A stretch of 64,000 bases of DNA, from positions 22,991-86,990 of the forward strand of contig JAJHRE010000002.1 of assembly GCA_020832985.1 (NCBI GenBank), read 5' to 3'. Shown piece by piece: positions 10,729 to 22,118 of this stretch; within the stretch, counting starts at the first letter, position 1, and each line of letters opens with the position of its first letter. This DNA comes from Desulfurococcaceae archaeon. Its GTDB lineage: Archaea; Thermoproteota; Thermoprotei_A; Sulfolobales; NBVN01. A model generated the notes under the pieces. That model did no database searches and was not told where the DNA came from. It saw only the letters and a program-made list of their open reading frames with translations. Both the position numbers and the translations under genes were made by a program.

Positions 10729-10765
10729 ACCTACTTACTTAGAAAAATTTTTATAAGTTTAGGTT
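10728..10765. promoter_or_regulatory. Compact bidirectional pyrB / pyrF promoter region
   Basis: The 55-nt divergent intergenic region has a central AAAAATTTTTATAAG flanked by AACCTA (10728-10733) and TAGGTT (10760-10765). Confidence 0.5.
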
Positions 10766-10783
10766 ACGTTATTCTGAGCGGGT

Positions 10784-11500
10784 TTGTTGAGTAGGTTATT
10801 AGATCTGATTAGGAGTGGTAGGGGTAGGGTTATAGTAGCTGTTGATGACCCACTAATAACTCTGAGTAGGTTTAAGGAGTTAGTTATGAAGACTAAAGAT
10901 GTTGTCTCAGGGTTTAAGTTAGGTCTACCCTATATATTGAGTTACGGCTTAGATAGTATTAGGTCTGTTATAACTGATTTCAGAGATACTTACTATATAG
11001 CTGATTTGAAATTAGCTGATATCGACGTCGTTATGAGTTTAACTACTAAGGTGGTATGTAGGGTAGGTTTTAACGGAGTCATAGCTCACGGATTTGTAGG
11101 TCTTAAGGGTGGTTTAGACGGTTTAAAGAGTGTTTGTGATGAGTTAGGTGTTGACTTATATATAGTTACGTCTATGTCACACCTAGGTAGTACTGAGATC
11201 TATGACTTAGTCATTGATAAGGTATTAAGTGTTGTTGAAGGTTTAAGACCTACAGGTGTTATAGCACCAGCTACTAGACCTGAAGTCATTAGGAGGGTTA
11301 GGAGTTACTTAGGACGTACATACTTAATACTATCACCTGGTGTTGGTGCTCAAGGCGCTTCACCAGGGTCAGCTATATGTGCTGGTGCTGACTTAGAGAT
11401 TGTTGGTAGAGCTATAACCTCATCTCAAGACTTTGTTAAAGCTTCTGAAGAAGTAATTAAATCACAGCTTAAGTACTTAGAAGTTAGTAGGTGTTACTGA
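10784..11500 (+). CDS. pyrF: Orotidine 5'-phosphate decarboxylase
   Basis: DLKLADI motif, operon context and size. Confidence 0.85.
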   Translation: MLSRLLDLIRSGRGRVIVAVDDPLITLSRFKELVMKTKDVVSGFKLGLPYILSYGLDSIRSVITDFRDTYYIADLKLADIDVVMSLTTKVVCRVGFNGVIAHGFVGLKGGLDGLKSVCDELGVDLYIVTSMSHLGSTEIYDLVIDKVLSVVEGLRPTGVIAPATRPEVIRRVRSYLGRTYLILSPGVGAQGASPGSAICAGADLEIVGRAITSSQDFVKASEEVIKSQLKYLEVSRCY

Positions 11501-11501
11501 G

Positions 11502-12098
11502 TTGTTAGAGGATATAGTCTTAAACCTATATAGGGTTGGAGTGATTAGGTTCGGAGACTTCATACTAGCTTCAGGTAGGAGGAGTCAGTACTACTTCGAC
11601 TTCAGGATACTGCCGTCATACCCTGAACTCTACTCTAAAGTCATTAACTTATGGTTAGATACCTTAAGGAGTTATGATTTAAGATTTGATGGTGTTGTAG
11701 GTATTGCTTCCGCAGGTATAGTTCATGCTGCAGTACTAGGATTCCTTATGAGGAAGCCTGTAGGTTACGTTAGAGCTGAGAGGAAGGACCACGGTACTAG
11801 TAAGTTAGTTGAGGGGGATCTTAAAGGTCTTAAAGTTATCGTAGTTGATGATGTAGTAACTACTGGAGGTACTTTAACGAGGGCTTACAACATACTTAAG
11901 GAGGAGGGTATTGACGTAGTAGCTTTCTCAGTAATCCTAGACCGTGAGGAAGGTGCTACAGAGAGTTTAAAGTCTTTAGGTATACCGTTAATACCGCTTA
12001 TGAGGACTTCACAAGTGTTTAGGATTCTTAAGGATTTAAATGTGATTAGTGATGAACTCTACAGCACATTAACCAAGCACTTAGGTAGTCCTAAATGA
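11502..12098 (+). CDS. pyrE: Orotate phosphoribosyltransferase
   Basis: PRPP-binding motif VIVVDDVVTTGGT. Confidence 0.9.
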   Translation: MLEDIVLNLYRVGVIRFGDFILASGRRSQYYFDFRILPSYPELYSKVINLWLDTLRSYDLRFDGVVGIASAGIVHAAVLGFLMRKPVGYVRAERKDHGTSKLVEGDLKGLKVIVVDDVVTTGGTLTRAYNILKEEGIDVVAFSVILDREEGATESLKSLGIPLIPLMRTSQVFRILKDLNVISDELYSTLTKHLGSPK

Positions 12099-12829
12099 TA
12101 CCTTCTAAAGTAGTTGAGAAGGTAGTTGTTTGTAGGGACGTAGCTCATATATACTTAAAGTTACTTAAGCCTATTGTTAAACCAACACCAGGTCAGTTCG
12201 TTATGGTTTGGGTACCTGGTTATGAGGAAATACCTATGAGTGTTAGTGATTTTAGTGACGACATCTTAAGAATTACCGTTAAGTGTAGGGGGCCTACAAC
12301 TAATTACTTAGTTAGGGAGTTACCAGTAGGTAGTTACTTAGGTGTTAGAGGTCCTTACGGTAAGGGAGTTACTGAAGATTTAATTAGTGGTAAGGGTCTC
12401 TTCATCGTTGGCGGTATAGGTATTGCCCCAATACTCTACCTAGTTAAGTACTATAGGGAGTTGATTAAAGGTTCTAAACTATTAGCAGGCTTCGTAAGTA
12501 GGGATGAGTCTAAAGTTACTGATGAATTAATTAATTACTTAGAAGTAGATATGGTTTCTGAAGATGTTGATGGTGCTACAGTTATTGACCTACTTAAGAA
12601 GTACTTACCAAGTATTAACAACTACGACTACTACCTGGTATCAGGACCTAAAGCAGTATTAGACCAGGTAGTTAATTTAGTAGGGGATAGCTTGAGGGGT
12701 TACGTACTTACTGAGTCTTTAATGAAGTGTGGTTTAGGTTTCTGCGGTTCATGTGCTTTAAAAGACTTTTTAGTTTGTAGAGATGGTACTTTAGTAGATG
12801 CTAGTAGGTATAGGTGGTTGATATCTTGA
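12095..12829 (+). CDS. pyrK: Dihydroorotate dehydrogenase electron-transfer subunit
   Basis: FNR-like fold with a C-terminal 2Fe-2S motif CGLGFCGSC...C. It has a 4-nt overlap with pyrE. Confidence 0.85.
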   Translation: MIPSKVVEKVVVCRDVAHIYLKLLKPIVKPTPGQFVMVWVPGYEEIPMSVSDFSDDILRITVKCRGPTTNYLVRELPVGSYLGVRGPYGKGVTEDLISGKGLFIVGGIGIAPILYLVKYYRELIKGSKLLAGFVSRDESKVTDELINYLEVDMVSEDVDGATVIDLLKKYLPSINNYDYYLVSGPKAVLDQVVNLVGDSLRGYVLTESLMKCGLGFCGSCALKDFLVCRDGTLVDASRYRWLIS

Positions 12830-14094
12830 TCGATAAAGTCTTCTACATAAGGACTTTAATTAACGGTTCAGTATCAGAGTTAACACTCTATGTAGGTGAT
12901 GACGGGTTTATTAAGAAGGTTAGTTATGGTAGGGAGTTAGTCAGCGGTTATGAAGTTATAGACCTATGTAGGGGTAGGCAAATAACCTTGCCTGGTTTTA
13001 TAGATCTACACGTACATTTAAGGGATTTTAAACTTAGTTATAAGGAGGATATAGTTAGTGGTTCTTCAGCAGCTGCTTCAGCAGGTTATGTATTGGTTTG
13101 TGATATGCCTAATACAAACCCACGTATAGATAATGCCGAGGTACTTAAGATGAGGGTTGAGGAAGCTTTGAGGAAGTCTTACGTGGATTACGGAGTATAC
13201 TGCGGTATACCTAGTGAGGCTAGAGTAGTTAATGACTTATTAAGTCTTAAGAACTTATTTGTAGGTTTTAAGATATACCCTGAGGACTTAGCAGATAGAT
13301 TTGCAGTTATTAAGTACTTATTAAGTGTTTATGACGGCTTAGTAGTAGTACATGGTGAATTACCTGAGTATGCTTTAAGACCTTCAATACGTGATTTAAG
13401 TCTCAGATATTTAGATAGGCCTTCATGGGGTGAGTTAGTAGTTGCTAACATACTATCAAGTATTAATAAGGCATCTAAGATACATATAACACATGCTTCA
13501 CACCCATCAACACCATACTTATGTAGGTCTCTAGGCTTTACAGTTGATACAACACCATATTACTTCCTATTAAGTAGTGATGATGTTAGGGATTGTTGGA
13601 GTAAGGTTAACCCACCGATTAACGACTTCGTAAGTAAGACGTTAGTATTCAGTAACGTGGTTAAGGGTGTTTACGACGCTATAGTCAGTGATCACGCACC
13701 ACATTCTGTTGAGGAGAAGTTAAGTGATTGGAGGTTATGTCCTTCAGGTATTACAGGTGTTGAAGTTAGTAGTAGGGTGTTGCTGACGTTATTTGTTAAA
13801 GGATTCATAAGTTATGAGTTACTTATTAAGTACTTATGTAGAGGTCCTGCTAAGGTCTTAGGTATCGATGACTTCTTAGGTAGTTTAAGTAGTGGTTTTA
13901 GAGCTTCATTCACCGTCATAGACTTTAGTAGGGAGGGTATAGCGTATACTAGGTATTCTAAAGCTCTTAAGTCATGTCTTGACGGTTTTAGATATGTTGG
14001 TGAGGTTGTTAAGACTGTAGTCGGTGGTACTTTAGTATTTGATGAGGGTGTGTTTAATAAGCCTAAGGTGGTGGTACTTGGTAGTAAGTCTTGA
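12814..14094 (+). CDS. pyrC: Dihydroorotase
   Basis: DLHVHLRD metal-binding motif, amidohydrolase fold and pyr operon context. Confidence 0.85.
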   Translation: MVDILIDKVFYIRTLINGSVSELTLYVGDDGFIKKVSYGRELVSGYEVIDLCRGRQITLPGFIDLHVHLRDFKLSYKEDIVSGSSAAASAGYVLVCDMPNTNPRIDNAEVLKMRVEEALRKSYVDYGVYCGIPSEARVVNDLLSLKNLFVGFKIYPEDLADRFAVIKYLLSVYDGLVVVHGELPEYALRPSIRDLSLRYLDRPSWGELVVANILSSINKASKIHITHASHPSTPYLCRSLGFTVDTTPYYFLLSSDDVRDCWSKVNPPINDFVSKTLVFSNVVKGVYDAIVSDHAPHSVEEKLSDWRLCPSGITGVEVSSRVLLTLFVKGFISYELLIKYLCRGPAKVLGIDDFLGSLSSGFRASFTVIDFSREGIAYTRYSKALKSCLDGFRYVGEVVKTVVGGTLVFDEGVFNKPKVVVLGSKS

Positions 14095-14995
14095 GGTCTT
14101 AGTAGGTGGTTTAAGACTTAAGCACCCTGTAATGGTCGGTTCTGGAGTCTTAGGTGATAAGCCTGAATTGATTGAGAGGTTAGTTAGGGAGGGTGATCCA
14201 TCAGCAGTTGTTACTAAGACATTAACTAAGTATAGACGTGAGGGTTACCTACCACCAATAATAGTTGAATTAGGTTGTGACTCATACCTAAATGCTGTAG
14301 GTCTAGCGAATCCAGGTATTGAAGTAGTTAATGACTTAGTTAGTGTTGGTTTAAGATATGGTATACCGGTAGTAGTTAGTATTGCAGGTAGTAGTATTGA
14401 TGAGTTTGTAGAGTTAGGTATTAAGGCTGAGTTAGGTAAGGCATCAGCTATAGAGTTAAACCTTAGCTGCCCACATGTTAAGGGGTTAGGTGCTGAGTTA
14501 GGTAGGGATCCACAAACGACTTATGAGGTTGTAAGGAATGTTAAGTCAGTAGTTAAAATACCTGTATGGGTTAAGTTAGGTCCTTGGGATAACGTAGTTG
14601 AAGTAGCTTCTAAATCATTAAGTGCAGGAGCTAACGCATTAGTACTGATAAATACCTTAAGGGGTATGAAGATAGATATATACAGTAGGAAACCAATACT
14701 AACAGCACGTGTTGGAGGCCTATCAGGGAAAGCACTACACCCAGTAGCTGTTAGAGTGATCTACGAAGTATATAAAGAATTAAAATGTGATATAGTCGGA
14801 GTTGGCGGTGTCCTAAATCATGAAACAGCAATAGAACTAATACTAGCAGGGGCAAAAGCAGTACAGGTAGTATCAGCATTAATTAAAAATCCACCAACAG
14901 TAATAAAGGAAATCGTAAACTCAATATCAAACTACATGAACGAAATAGACATTAAAGACATAAAACATTTAGTAGGAGCAGTAACGCATGATTAA
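14039..14995 (+). CDS. pyrD: Dihydroorotate dehydrogenase 1B catalytic subunit; start uncertain (ATG 14039 or in-frame TTG 14078)
   Basis: LKHPVMVGSG and NLSCPH motifs. The first ~15 codons of the tracked ORF overlap pyrC and look non-native. Confidence 0.9.
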   Translation: MMRVCLISLRWWYLVVSLEVLVGGLRLKHPVMVGSGVLGDKPELIERLVREGDPSAVVTKTLTKYRREGYLPPIIVELGCDSYLNAVGLANPGIEVVNDLVSVGLRYGIPVVVSIAGSSIDEFVELGIKAELGKASAIELNLSCPHVKGLGAELGRDPQTTYEVVRNVKSVVKIPVWVKLGPWDNVVEVASKSLSAGANALVLINTLRGMKIDIYSRKPILTARVGGLSGKALHPVAVRVIYEVYKELKCDIVGVGGVLNHETAIELILAGAKAVQVVSALIKNPPTVIKEIVNSISNYMNEIDIKDIKHLVGAVTHD

Positions 14996-15141
14996 CCTAA
15001 CTACATAACATTAATTCCCTCCTAATCTCATTCAAAACTCTTGATGAATTAGTAAAACAATAAAGTTCAAGAACTACTACCTAAGCTTTTCAATAGGTTA
15101 TTCCTTAGATATTATGCTACTTACGGTTTAGAATTACGGTG

Positions 15142-15942
15142 TTAAGTGTTTTCTACTAGGTATTTCATCAACTTTTCTACTAGTTCTTTAGGTATTTCTA
15201 GTGATTGTGTTAGTGCTGTGTCTGTACATACTGTTGTATGTGTTATGTCTGCACTTACCTTACCTGTGGTTATGTTCTTCACTACACATCTCCATTTGAT
15301 TGACTTACTTCCTATGTTTTCAACCCATACATATAGTTCTAAGTCGTTATCTAATCTTGAGGGTGTTAATACTTTATAACTTACTTCAGTGGTAGGTATG
15401 AAAATCCCGTACTCATGTATTAATCTACTATAGCTGAATCCTAGATTAGCTAGTAGTTCTGACCAAGCCCTCTCACAAAATCTTAAGTAGTTAGTGTAGT
15501 GTACTACTTGTAGGTAGTCAGTATCAGCTAATGTAGTCCTAACTCTGTAGACGTAAGCATTATCAGGTATTTTAAAACCTTCCTCACTAACCACCTCGAA
15601 ATCCTTCCTCTGATTCTCTAACATTCTTAAGTACTTCCTAACATCAATACCTAATGAGTTAACCACGTTCTTAAACTCCTCAATAGCTTTCTCCCTAGCT
15701 GTAGACTCATCTAAACCATCACTAACATAGTTACTTACCTGTAATTCTGTTAACGCAGCTAAGTTACTTATTACTTCATCCTCACTTAACTTACCAACTA
15801 TTAAACCTGCATGAACTACAACATAATCACCTACCTCAACGCCATCAACACCAACTACAGTATCTACTATAGTACCACCTATATTCACCTTAGCATACAT
15901 ACCGTCAACCTCAACAACCCTACCTGGAGTACCCCAACACAT
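15142..15942 (-). CDS. hypC: HypC-type hydrogenase maturation chaperone fused to a 4HBT/YbgC-type hotdog acyl-CoA thioesterase domain
   Basis: The N-terminus MCWGTPGRVVEV...GDYVVVHAG is the HypC/HupF signature, including Cys2. The C-terminal ~130 aa (YRVRTTLADTDYLQVVHYTNYLRF...) is a hotdog thioesterase signature. Confidence 0.75.
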   Translation of the reverse strand: MCWGTPGRVVEVDGMYAKVNIGGTIVDTVVGVDGVEVGDYVVVHAGLIVGKLSEDEVISNLAALTELQVSNYVSDGLDESTAREKAIEEFKNVVNSLGIDVRKYLRMLENQRKDFEVVSEEGFKIPDNAYVYRVRTTLADTDYLQVVHYTNYLRFCERAWSELLANLGFSYSRLIHEYGIFIPTTEVSYKVLTPSRLDNDLELYVWVENIGSKSIKWRCVVKNITTGKVSADITHTTVCTDTALTQSLEIPKELVEKLMKYLVENT

Positions 15943-15943
15943 C

Positions 15944-17140
15944 CTAGACCCCCCTAACTAACTCTACACCACCATATAAAGCCCAGATCCTACATGTCCC
16001 TTCAGAGGAGACCATACAAGGACCTAAAGGTGATTCAGGCTTACATACCTTCATAAATAACGGACATTTAGTAGGTTTCTCAATACCTAATACGACCTCA
16101 CCACACCTACACCCAGGAGGTAACTCCCTCTCATAGGGGTTTGAAGTAGCTGTAGTTAATACGTAGTCAGTAGGTTTAGGTACCCTCAACTTAAACTCCT
16201 TAACAGCATCATACCTACTATAACCATCCCTTAACTCTAAACCACTCTTAGGTACGTAGCCGATACCTCTCCAAGCAGCGTTAACGGCTTCGAAGACCTC
16301 ATCAATTACCTTCTTAGCCGTTAAATTACCCTCCCACCTCACCAACCTACTATACTCAATACTAACTCCTGGCCTACCATCAACTAACATCTTAAGTATC
16401 CTAGCTACAGCTACTAAAACATCAATAGGTTCGAAACCAGTAACTACTGTAGGTATTTTAAACTCCTTAGGTAGGAATTCCCAAGCCATACCGCCAACAA
16501 TAGCTGATACATGTCCAGGAGCTATAACACCTCTAATAGGCATTAAACCCCTCTCCCTAAACAACTTAATCACATACCTCATAACTGGTGGTGTAAGTCT
16601 TAAAGCACTTAATAACTTTAGATTCTCAGGTACCTCACCAGACTTAATAAGTAATGCGTATGAAGGTGCTGTAGTTTCAAAACCAATACCGAAGAATACC
16701 GAGTCCCTACCGTACTCCTTAGCATCCTTAACAGCCTCTAAGAAACTATAGACGACCTTAACATTACCACCTAATGCTTGAGCTTCAGCTAAGTTCTTAG
16801 GAGTCTTACCAGTAGTTGTAGGTAGTTTATAAGCGTCACCGAATGTGTAAATCCTAATACCTTCTAGAGAAAGTCTAACTAACTCATCAACATATACCCC
16901 AGGAGTTATACATACTGGACATCCAGGACCTGCAACTAATTCAATACCTTCAGGCATTAAAGACCTTAAACCGTAGTACGTAGTGGTCCACTCATGAGTA
17001 CCACAGAAATTCATGATCTTGATAGGACTGCCTAAATCCTGAACCAACTTCTCAGTATAATTACTTATGAGTTTAACTAGGGACCTAGCCAACTCAGCAT
17101 TACTCCTAAATACCTTAGTAATCACTCCCTCAAGATCCAA
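15944..17140 (-). CDS. hypD: Hydrogenase maturation protein HypD
   Basis: GPGCPVC motif and C-terminal Cys cluster. It lies 1 nt upstream of the hypC fusion gene. Confidence 0.9.
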   Translation of the reverse strand: MDLEGVITKVFRSNAELARSLVKLISNYTEKLVQDLGSPIKIMNFCGTHEWTTTYYGLRSLMPEGIELVAGPGCPVCITPGVYVDELVRLSLEGIRIYTFGDAYKLPTTTGKTPKNLAEAQALGGNVKVVYSFLEAVKDAKEYGRDSVFFGIGFETTAPSYALLIKSGEVPENLKLLSALRLTPPVMRYVIKLFRERGLMPIRGVIAPGHVSAIVGGMAWEFLPKEFKIPTVVTGFEPIDVLVAVARILKMLVDGRPGVSIEYSRLVRWEGNLTAKKVIDEVFEAVNAAWRGIGYVPKSGLELRDGYSRYDAVKEFKLRVPKPTDYVLTTATSNPYERELPPGCRCGEVVLGIEKPTKCPLFMKVCKPESPLGPCMVSSEGTCRIWALYGGVELVRGV

Positions 17141-17218
17141 TACCCATACCTAAGATACAATTACTAAACACGTACTAAACCTTTAATTACTGAAACACAT
17201 AGATAGTATGGTGTTTCT

Positions 17219-17773
17219 ATGCCTAAATACGCAGTGTTAGTAATTGATATGCTTAAAGACTTCATATACGGTAGCCTAAGGTGTGAGAGAGCTCTACACA
17301 TAATACCTAATATTAAGAAGTTAGTAAGTATTGCTAGGGATTACAGGATCCCAGTAATATATGTTAATGACTCACATATTAAGGGTGTAGATCGTGAACT
17401 TACGCTATGGGGTCCTCACGCAGTTAGAGGTACTGAAGGTTCTGAAGTCATAGATGATTTAAGACCTACTGAGAAAGACTTCATAGTCTTAAAGAGGAGG
17501 TATAGCGGTTTCTTCGAAACTGACTTAGACCTACTTCTTAGGGAGTTAAGTGTTGATACGTTAATACTTACTGGGATACATACCCATATATGCGTAATGC
17601 ATACCGCTGTAGATGCATTCTACAGAGGTTATAACTTAATCATCGTTAAAGACGCTGTAGAAGCATTTAGTGAGGACTACCATAAGTTAGGGCTTGAGTT
17701 CATGGAGAAGCTCTATAGTGCTAAGTTAGTGAATACTGAGGAAGTTATTAAGTTAATCACTATAACGACATGA
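17219..17773 (+). CDS. Isochorismatase-family cysteine hydrolase (nicotinamidase-like)
   Basis: N-terminal VLVIDMLKDF, the catalytic Cys context GIHTHICV, and size. Confidence 0.7.
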   Translation: MPKYAVLVIDMLKDFIYGSLRCERALHIIPNIKKLVSIARDYRIPVIYVNDSHIKGVDRELTLWGPHAVRGTEGSEVIDDLRPTEKDFIVLKRRYSGFFETDLDLLLRELSVDTLILTGIHTHICVMHTAVDAFYRGYNLIIVKDAVEAFSEDYHKLGLEFMEKLYSAKLVNTEEVIKLITITT

Positions 17774-17812
17774 GTAAAAATTTAAATTTTAGGTTAAGCA
17801 AGAGTTTTAGGT

Positions 17813-19714
17813 TTGGTTATGACTAGAAGGACTTTAAGTAAGAGGGTTGAGGCTGTAGTTATTACAGTCCTAGCATGTATGGCTATCTACAACATATACG
17901 TATTACTATTCACAGCATATGATGTAATACTCCACATGGTTTTAAATATGGCTTTCGTACTCCCACTAACCTTCATAGTCTACCCAGCAAGGAAGAAAGA
18001 CGTTAATAGAATCCCTTGGTATGATTACTTACTAGCTATAGTCTCTGCAATACCACCTATAATCCTATACCTCCACCCACCATGGATTTACGAGAGGATG
18101 TGGTTTGCAACGGCTTTAACAACCGAGCAGTTAATACTAGGTATTATATTTATGGTTACTGTGATTGAAGCTACTAGGAGGACTAGCGGTCTAGTAATAA
18201 CGTTGTTAGTGGTATTCTTCTTAATATACTTATATATAGGTCCATACATACCCGACCCATTCAGACATAGAGGTATGAGGTTTGATAGAATCATAGAACT
18301 CAACTACCTAACCTCATACGGGACCTTCACAACACCTCTCCAGGTAATGTCTACTTATGTTATAGCTTTTACTATTTTAGGTGCTTTCTTTTCTGAGGCT
18401 GGTGTTGGTAGGTTTTTTATAGATCTTGCTAAGGCTTTAGTTGGTAGGTTGGTTGGTGGTCCTGCTAAGATTGCTGTTGTTGCATCATCATTATTTGGGA
18501 CAATCAGTGGTTCAGCACCAGCGAATGTCTACGGTACTGGTATTGTTACTATACCTACTATGAAGTCTTTAGGTTATCCAGCATATTTTGCAGGTGCTGT
18601 TGAGGCTGTATCATCTACTGGTGGTCAGATTATGCCTCCTGTAATGGGTGCTGCAGCATTCGTAATGGCTGAATTACTAAACGTACCATACGCTAGGATA
18701 ATGATTGCAGCAATAATACCAGCACTACTATACTACTTAGGGGTTTACGTACAGGTACATTATTTCTCATTAAAACACGGTTTAAGAGGACTACCACCAG
18801 ATCAAGTACCTAGTCTTAAGAATGTTCTTAAGGAGAGGGGTTATATGTTAATACCTATGGCAGTACTTGTTTATATAGTTGCAGTACTTATGTGGTCACC
18901 AGTAACAGCAGCATTCATAGCAATGTTCATAACAATAGCTATAAGCTTCATAAAGAGAGAAACATGGATGACACCAAAGAAAATATATAAAGCACTAGCT
19001 AAAGGAGCTGAAGATGCTTTATCCATATTAGTTATAGGTGCTGCTGCTGGTATGGTGATAGGTTCTATATCCTTCTCAGGTACTGGGCTTAGGTTAAGCA
19101 GTATAGTTCTTGAGGCTTCTATGGGTATATTAGTTCTAGCTCTGCTCTATGTTGCACTATTAACGTTAATTATGGGTATGGGTGTACCTACTACAGCTGC
19201 TTATGTGATGACTGCAGCATTATCAGCACCTGCATTATCTAGGTTAGGTGTTGATCCGTTCGTAGCACACTTCTTTATATTTTACTATGCAACTATATCA
19301 GCTATAACACCGCCTGTAGCTTTAGCTGCTTTTGCGGCAGCAACGTTAGCTAAGGATGATCCTATGAAGGTAGGGTTTACAGCTACTAAATTAGGTATTG
19401 CAGCAATAATAGCACCCTTTATACTTATCTTTAAACCAGGACTACTACTAGTCATTAAAGAACCACTACCAATAATCATCGAAAACATAGCAACAGCATT
19501 CATAGCAGTATACGCAATAGCGATGGGAATCGAAGGATACTACAAAACAAACATGAACATCATAGAGAGGTCATTACTAATAATTAGTGGATTACTACTC
19601 TTCGCACCAACTGATTTAACGATAGATTTAATATCTATAGTAATAATAATCGCTGTATTGTTAATACATAGAAGGAGAGCAAATAAGACAAGAACTCCTA
19701 ATCAGAAGATGTAA
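17813..19714 (+). CDS. TRAP-type transporter, fused 4TM/12TM permease (TAXI-type)
   Basis: 633-aa highly hydrophobic protein resembling fused DctQM-like permeases. Confidence 0.7.
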   Translation: MVMTRRTLSKRVEAVVITVLACMAIYNIYVLLFTAYDVILHMVLNMAFVLPLTFIVYPARKKDVNRIPWYDYLLAIVSAIPPIILYLHPPWIYERMWFATALTTEQLILGIIFMVTVIEATRRTSGLVITLLVVFFLIYLYIGPYIPDPFRHRGMRFDRIIELNYLTSYGTFTTPLQVMSTYVIAFTILGAFFSEAGVGRFFIDLAKALVGRLVGGPAKIAVVASSLFGTISGSAPANVYGTGIVTIPTMKSLGYPAYFAGAVEAVSSTGGQIMPPVMGAAAFVMAELLNVPYARIMIAAIIPALLYYLGVYVQVHYFSLKHGLRGLPPDQVPSLKNVLKERGYMLIPMAVLVYIVAVLMWSPVTAAFIAMFITIAISFIKRETWMTPKKIYKALAKGAEDALSILVIGAAAGMVIGSISFSGTGLRLSSIVLEASMGILVLALLYVALLTLIMGMGVPTTAAYVMTAALSAPALSRLGVDPFVAHFFIFYYATISAITPPVALAAFAAATLAKDDPMKVGFTATKLGIAAIIAPFILIFKPGLLLVIKEPLPIIIENIATAFIAVYAIAMGIEGYYKTNMNIIERSLLIISGLLLFAPTDLTIDLISIVIIIAVLLIHRRRANKTRTPNQKM

Positions 19715-19746
19715 ATATTTTTAACTACTAATTAAATTCTCACTCG

Positions 19747-21320
<1,574 letters not shown>

Positions 21321-21352
21321 TTAGTAATTAACATTTTAAAACTAATATATGA

Positions 21353-21976
21353 AGTATTTTACTGGGATATGTTATAAAGGTATTTAAGGAATCTGTAATT
21401 AGTATAGCTTCATACATAGCGAATTCCGTAAACATCATTAAGGAGTATCAGGTTGAGGACTTCTTAAAGAACCTCATCGAGATCTATAAAGAGGGTAGGA
21501 AGGTATTAGTCGTAGGTGCTGGTAGGTCAGGACTTATTGGTAGGGCTTTTGCTATGAGGTTAATGCATTTAGGTTTTAACGTCTACGTACTCGGGGATAC
21601 CGTAGTACCTCCACTGCGTGCTGGGGATGCTTTAATAGCTATCTCAGGTTCTGGTAGGACTAGGTCCGTAATTACTGTTGCTGAAGCTGCTAAGTCAGTA
21701 GGTGCTAAGGTAATAGCTTTAACCACATATATAAACTCACCACTAGCTAAGCTTTCAGATATTATTGTTGAGATACCTGGGAGGACTAAAGTAAGTAGTG
21801 AGAATGACTACTATACTAGGCAGTTAATAGGTATTTACGAACCGTTAGCACCTCTAGGAACTCTATTTGAGTTAGTAGCTATGGTAGTATTAGATGCTGT
21901 AGTAGCTGAGTTAATGGTTCAACTAGGTAAGACTGAGGAAGACTTAAAGAAACTACATGCGAATATAGAGATTTAA
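21353..21976 (+). CDS. 6-phospho-3-hexuloisomerase (SIS domain); true start unresolved
   Basis: The SIS motif VLVVGAGRSG (21503-21532) is encoded upstream of the first in-frame ATG (21554). The frame is open back to the TGA at 21350 with no in-frame ATG/GTG/TTG. Confidence 0.8.
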   Translation, partial: SILLGYVIKVFKESVISIASYIANSVNIIKEYQVEDFLKNLIEIYKEGRKVLVVGAGRSGLIGRAFAMRLMHLGFNVYVLGDTVVPPLRAGDALIAISGSGRTRSVITVAEAAKSVGAKVIALTTYINSPLAKLSDIIVEIPGRTKVSSENDYYTRQLIGIYEPLAPLGTLFELVAMVVLDAVVAELMVQLGKTEEDLKKLHANIEI

Positions 21977-22118
21977 GTAACTTAACAGTGGATCTTCGTA
22001 CTACCTCAGCATCACTTGGTTTGAAGTACGTATAACAACATTCAAATAGGTCTTCATGAGGTGTTAAGGATAGTTTTATAAACTCCACACCATAAAGACT
22101 TCCTTAGGTGTTTAAGGG

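Noticed and set aside
21879-22088. 69-aa minus-strand ORF overlapping the PHI 3' end.
   Set aside because: It has no motif, overlaps a well-supported gene and sits in the short PHI-lysW spacer.
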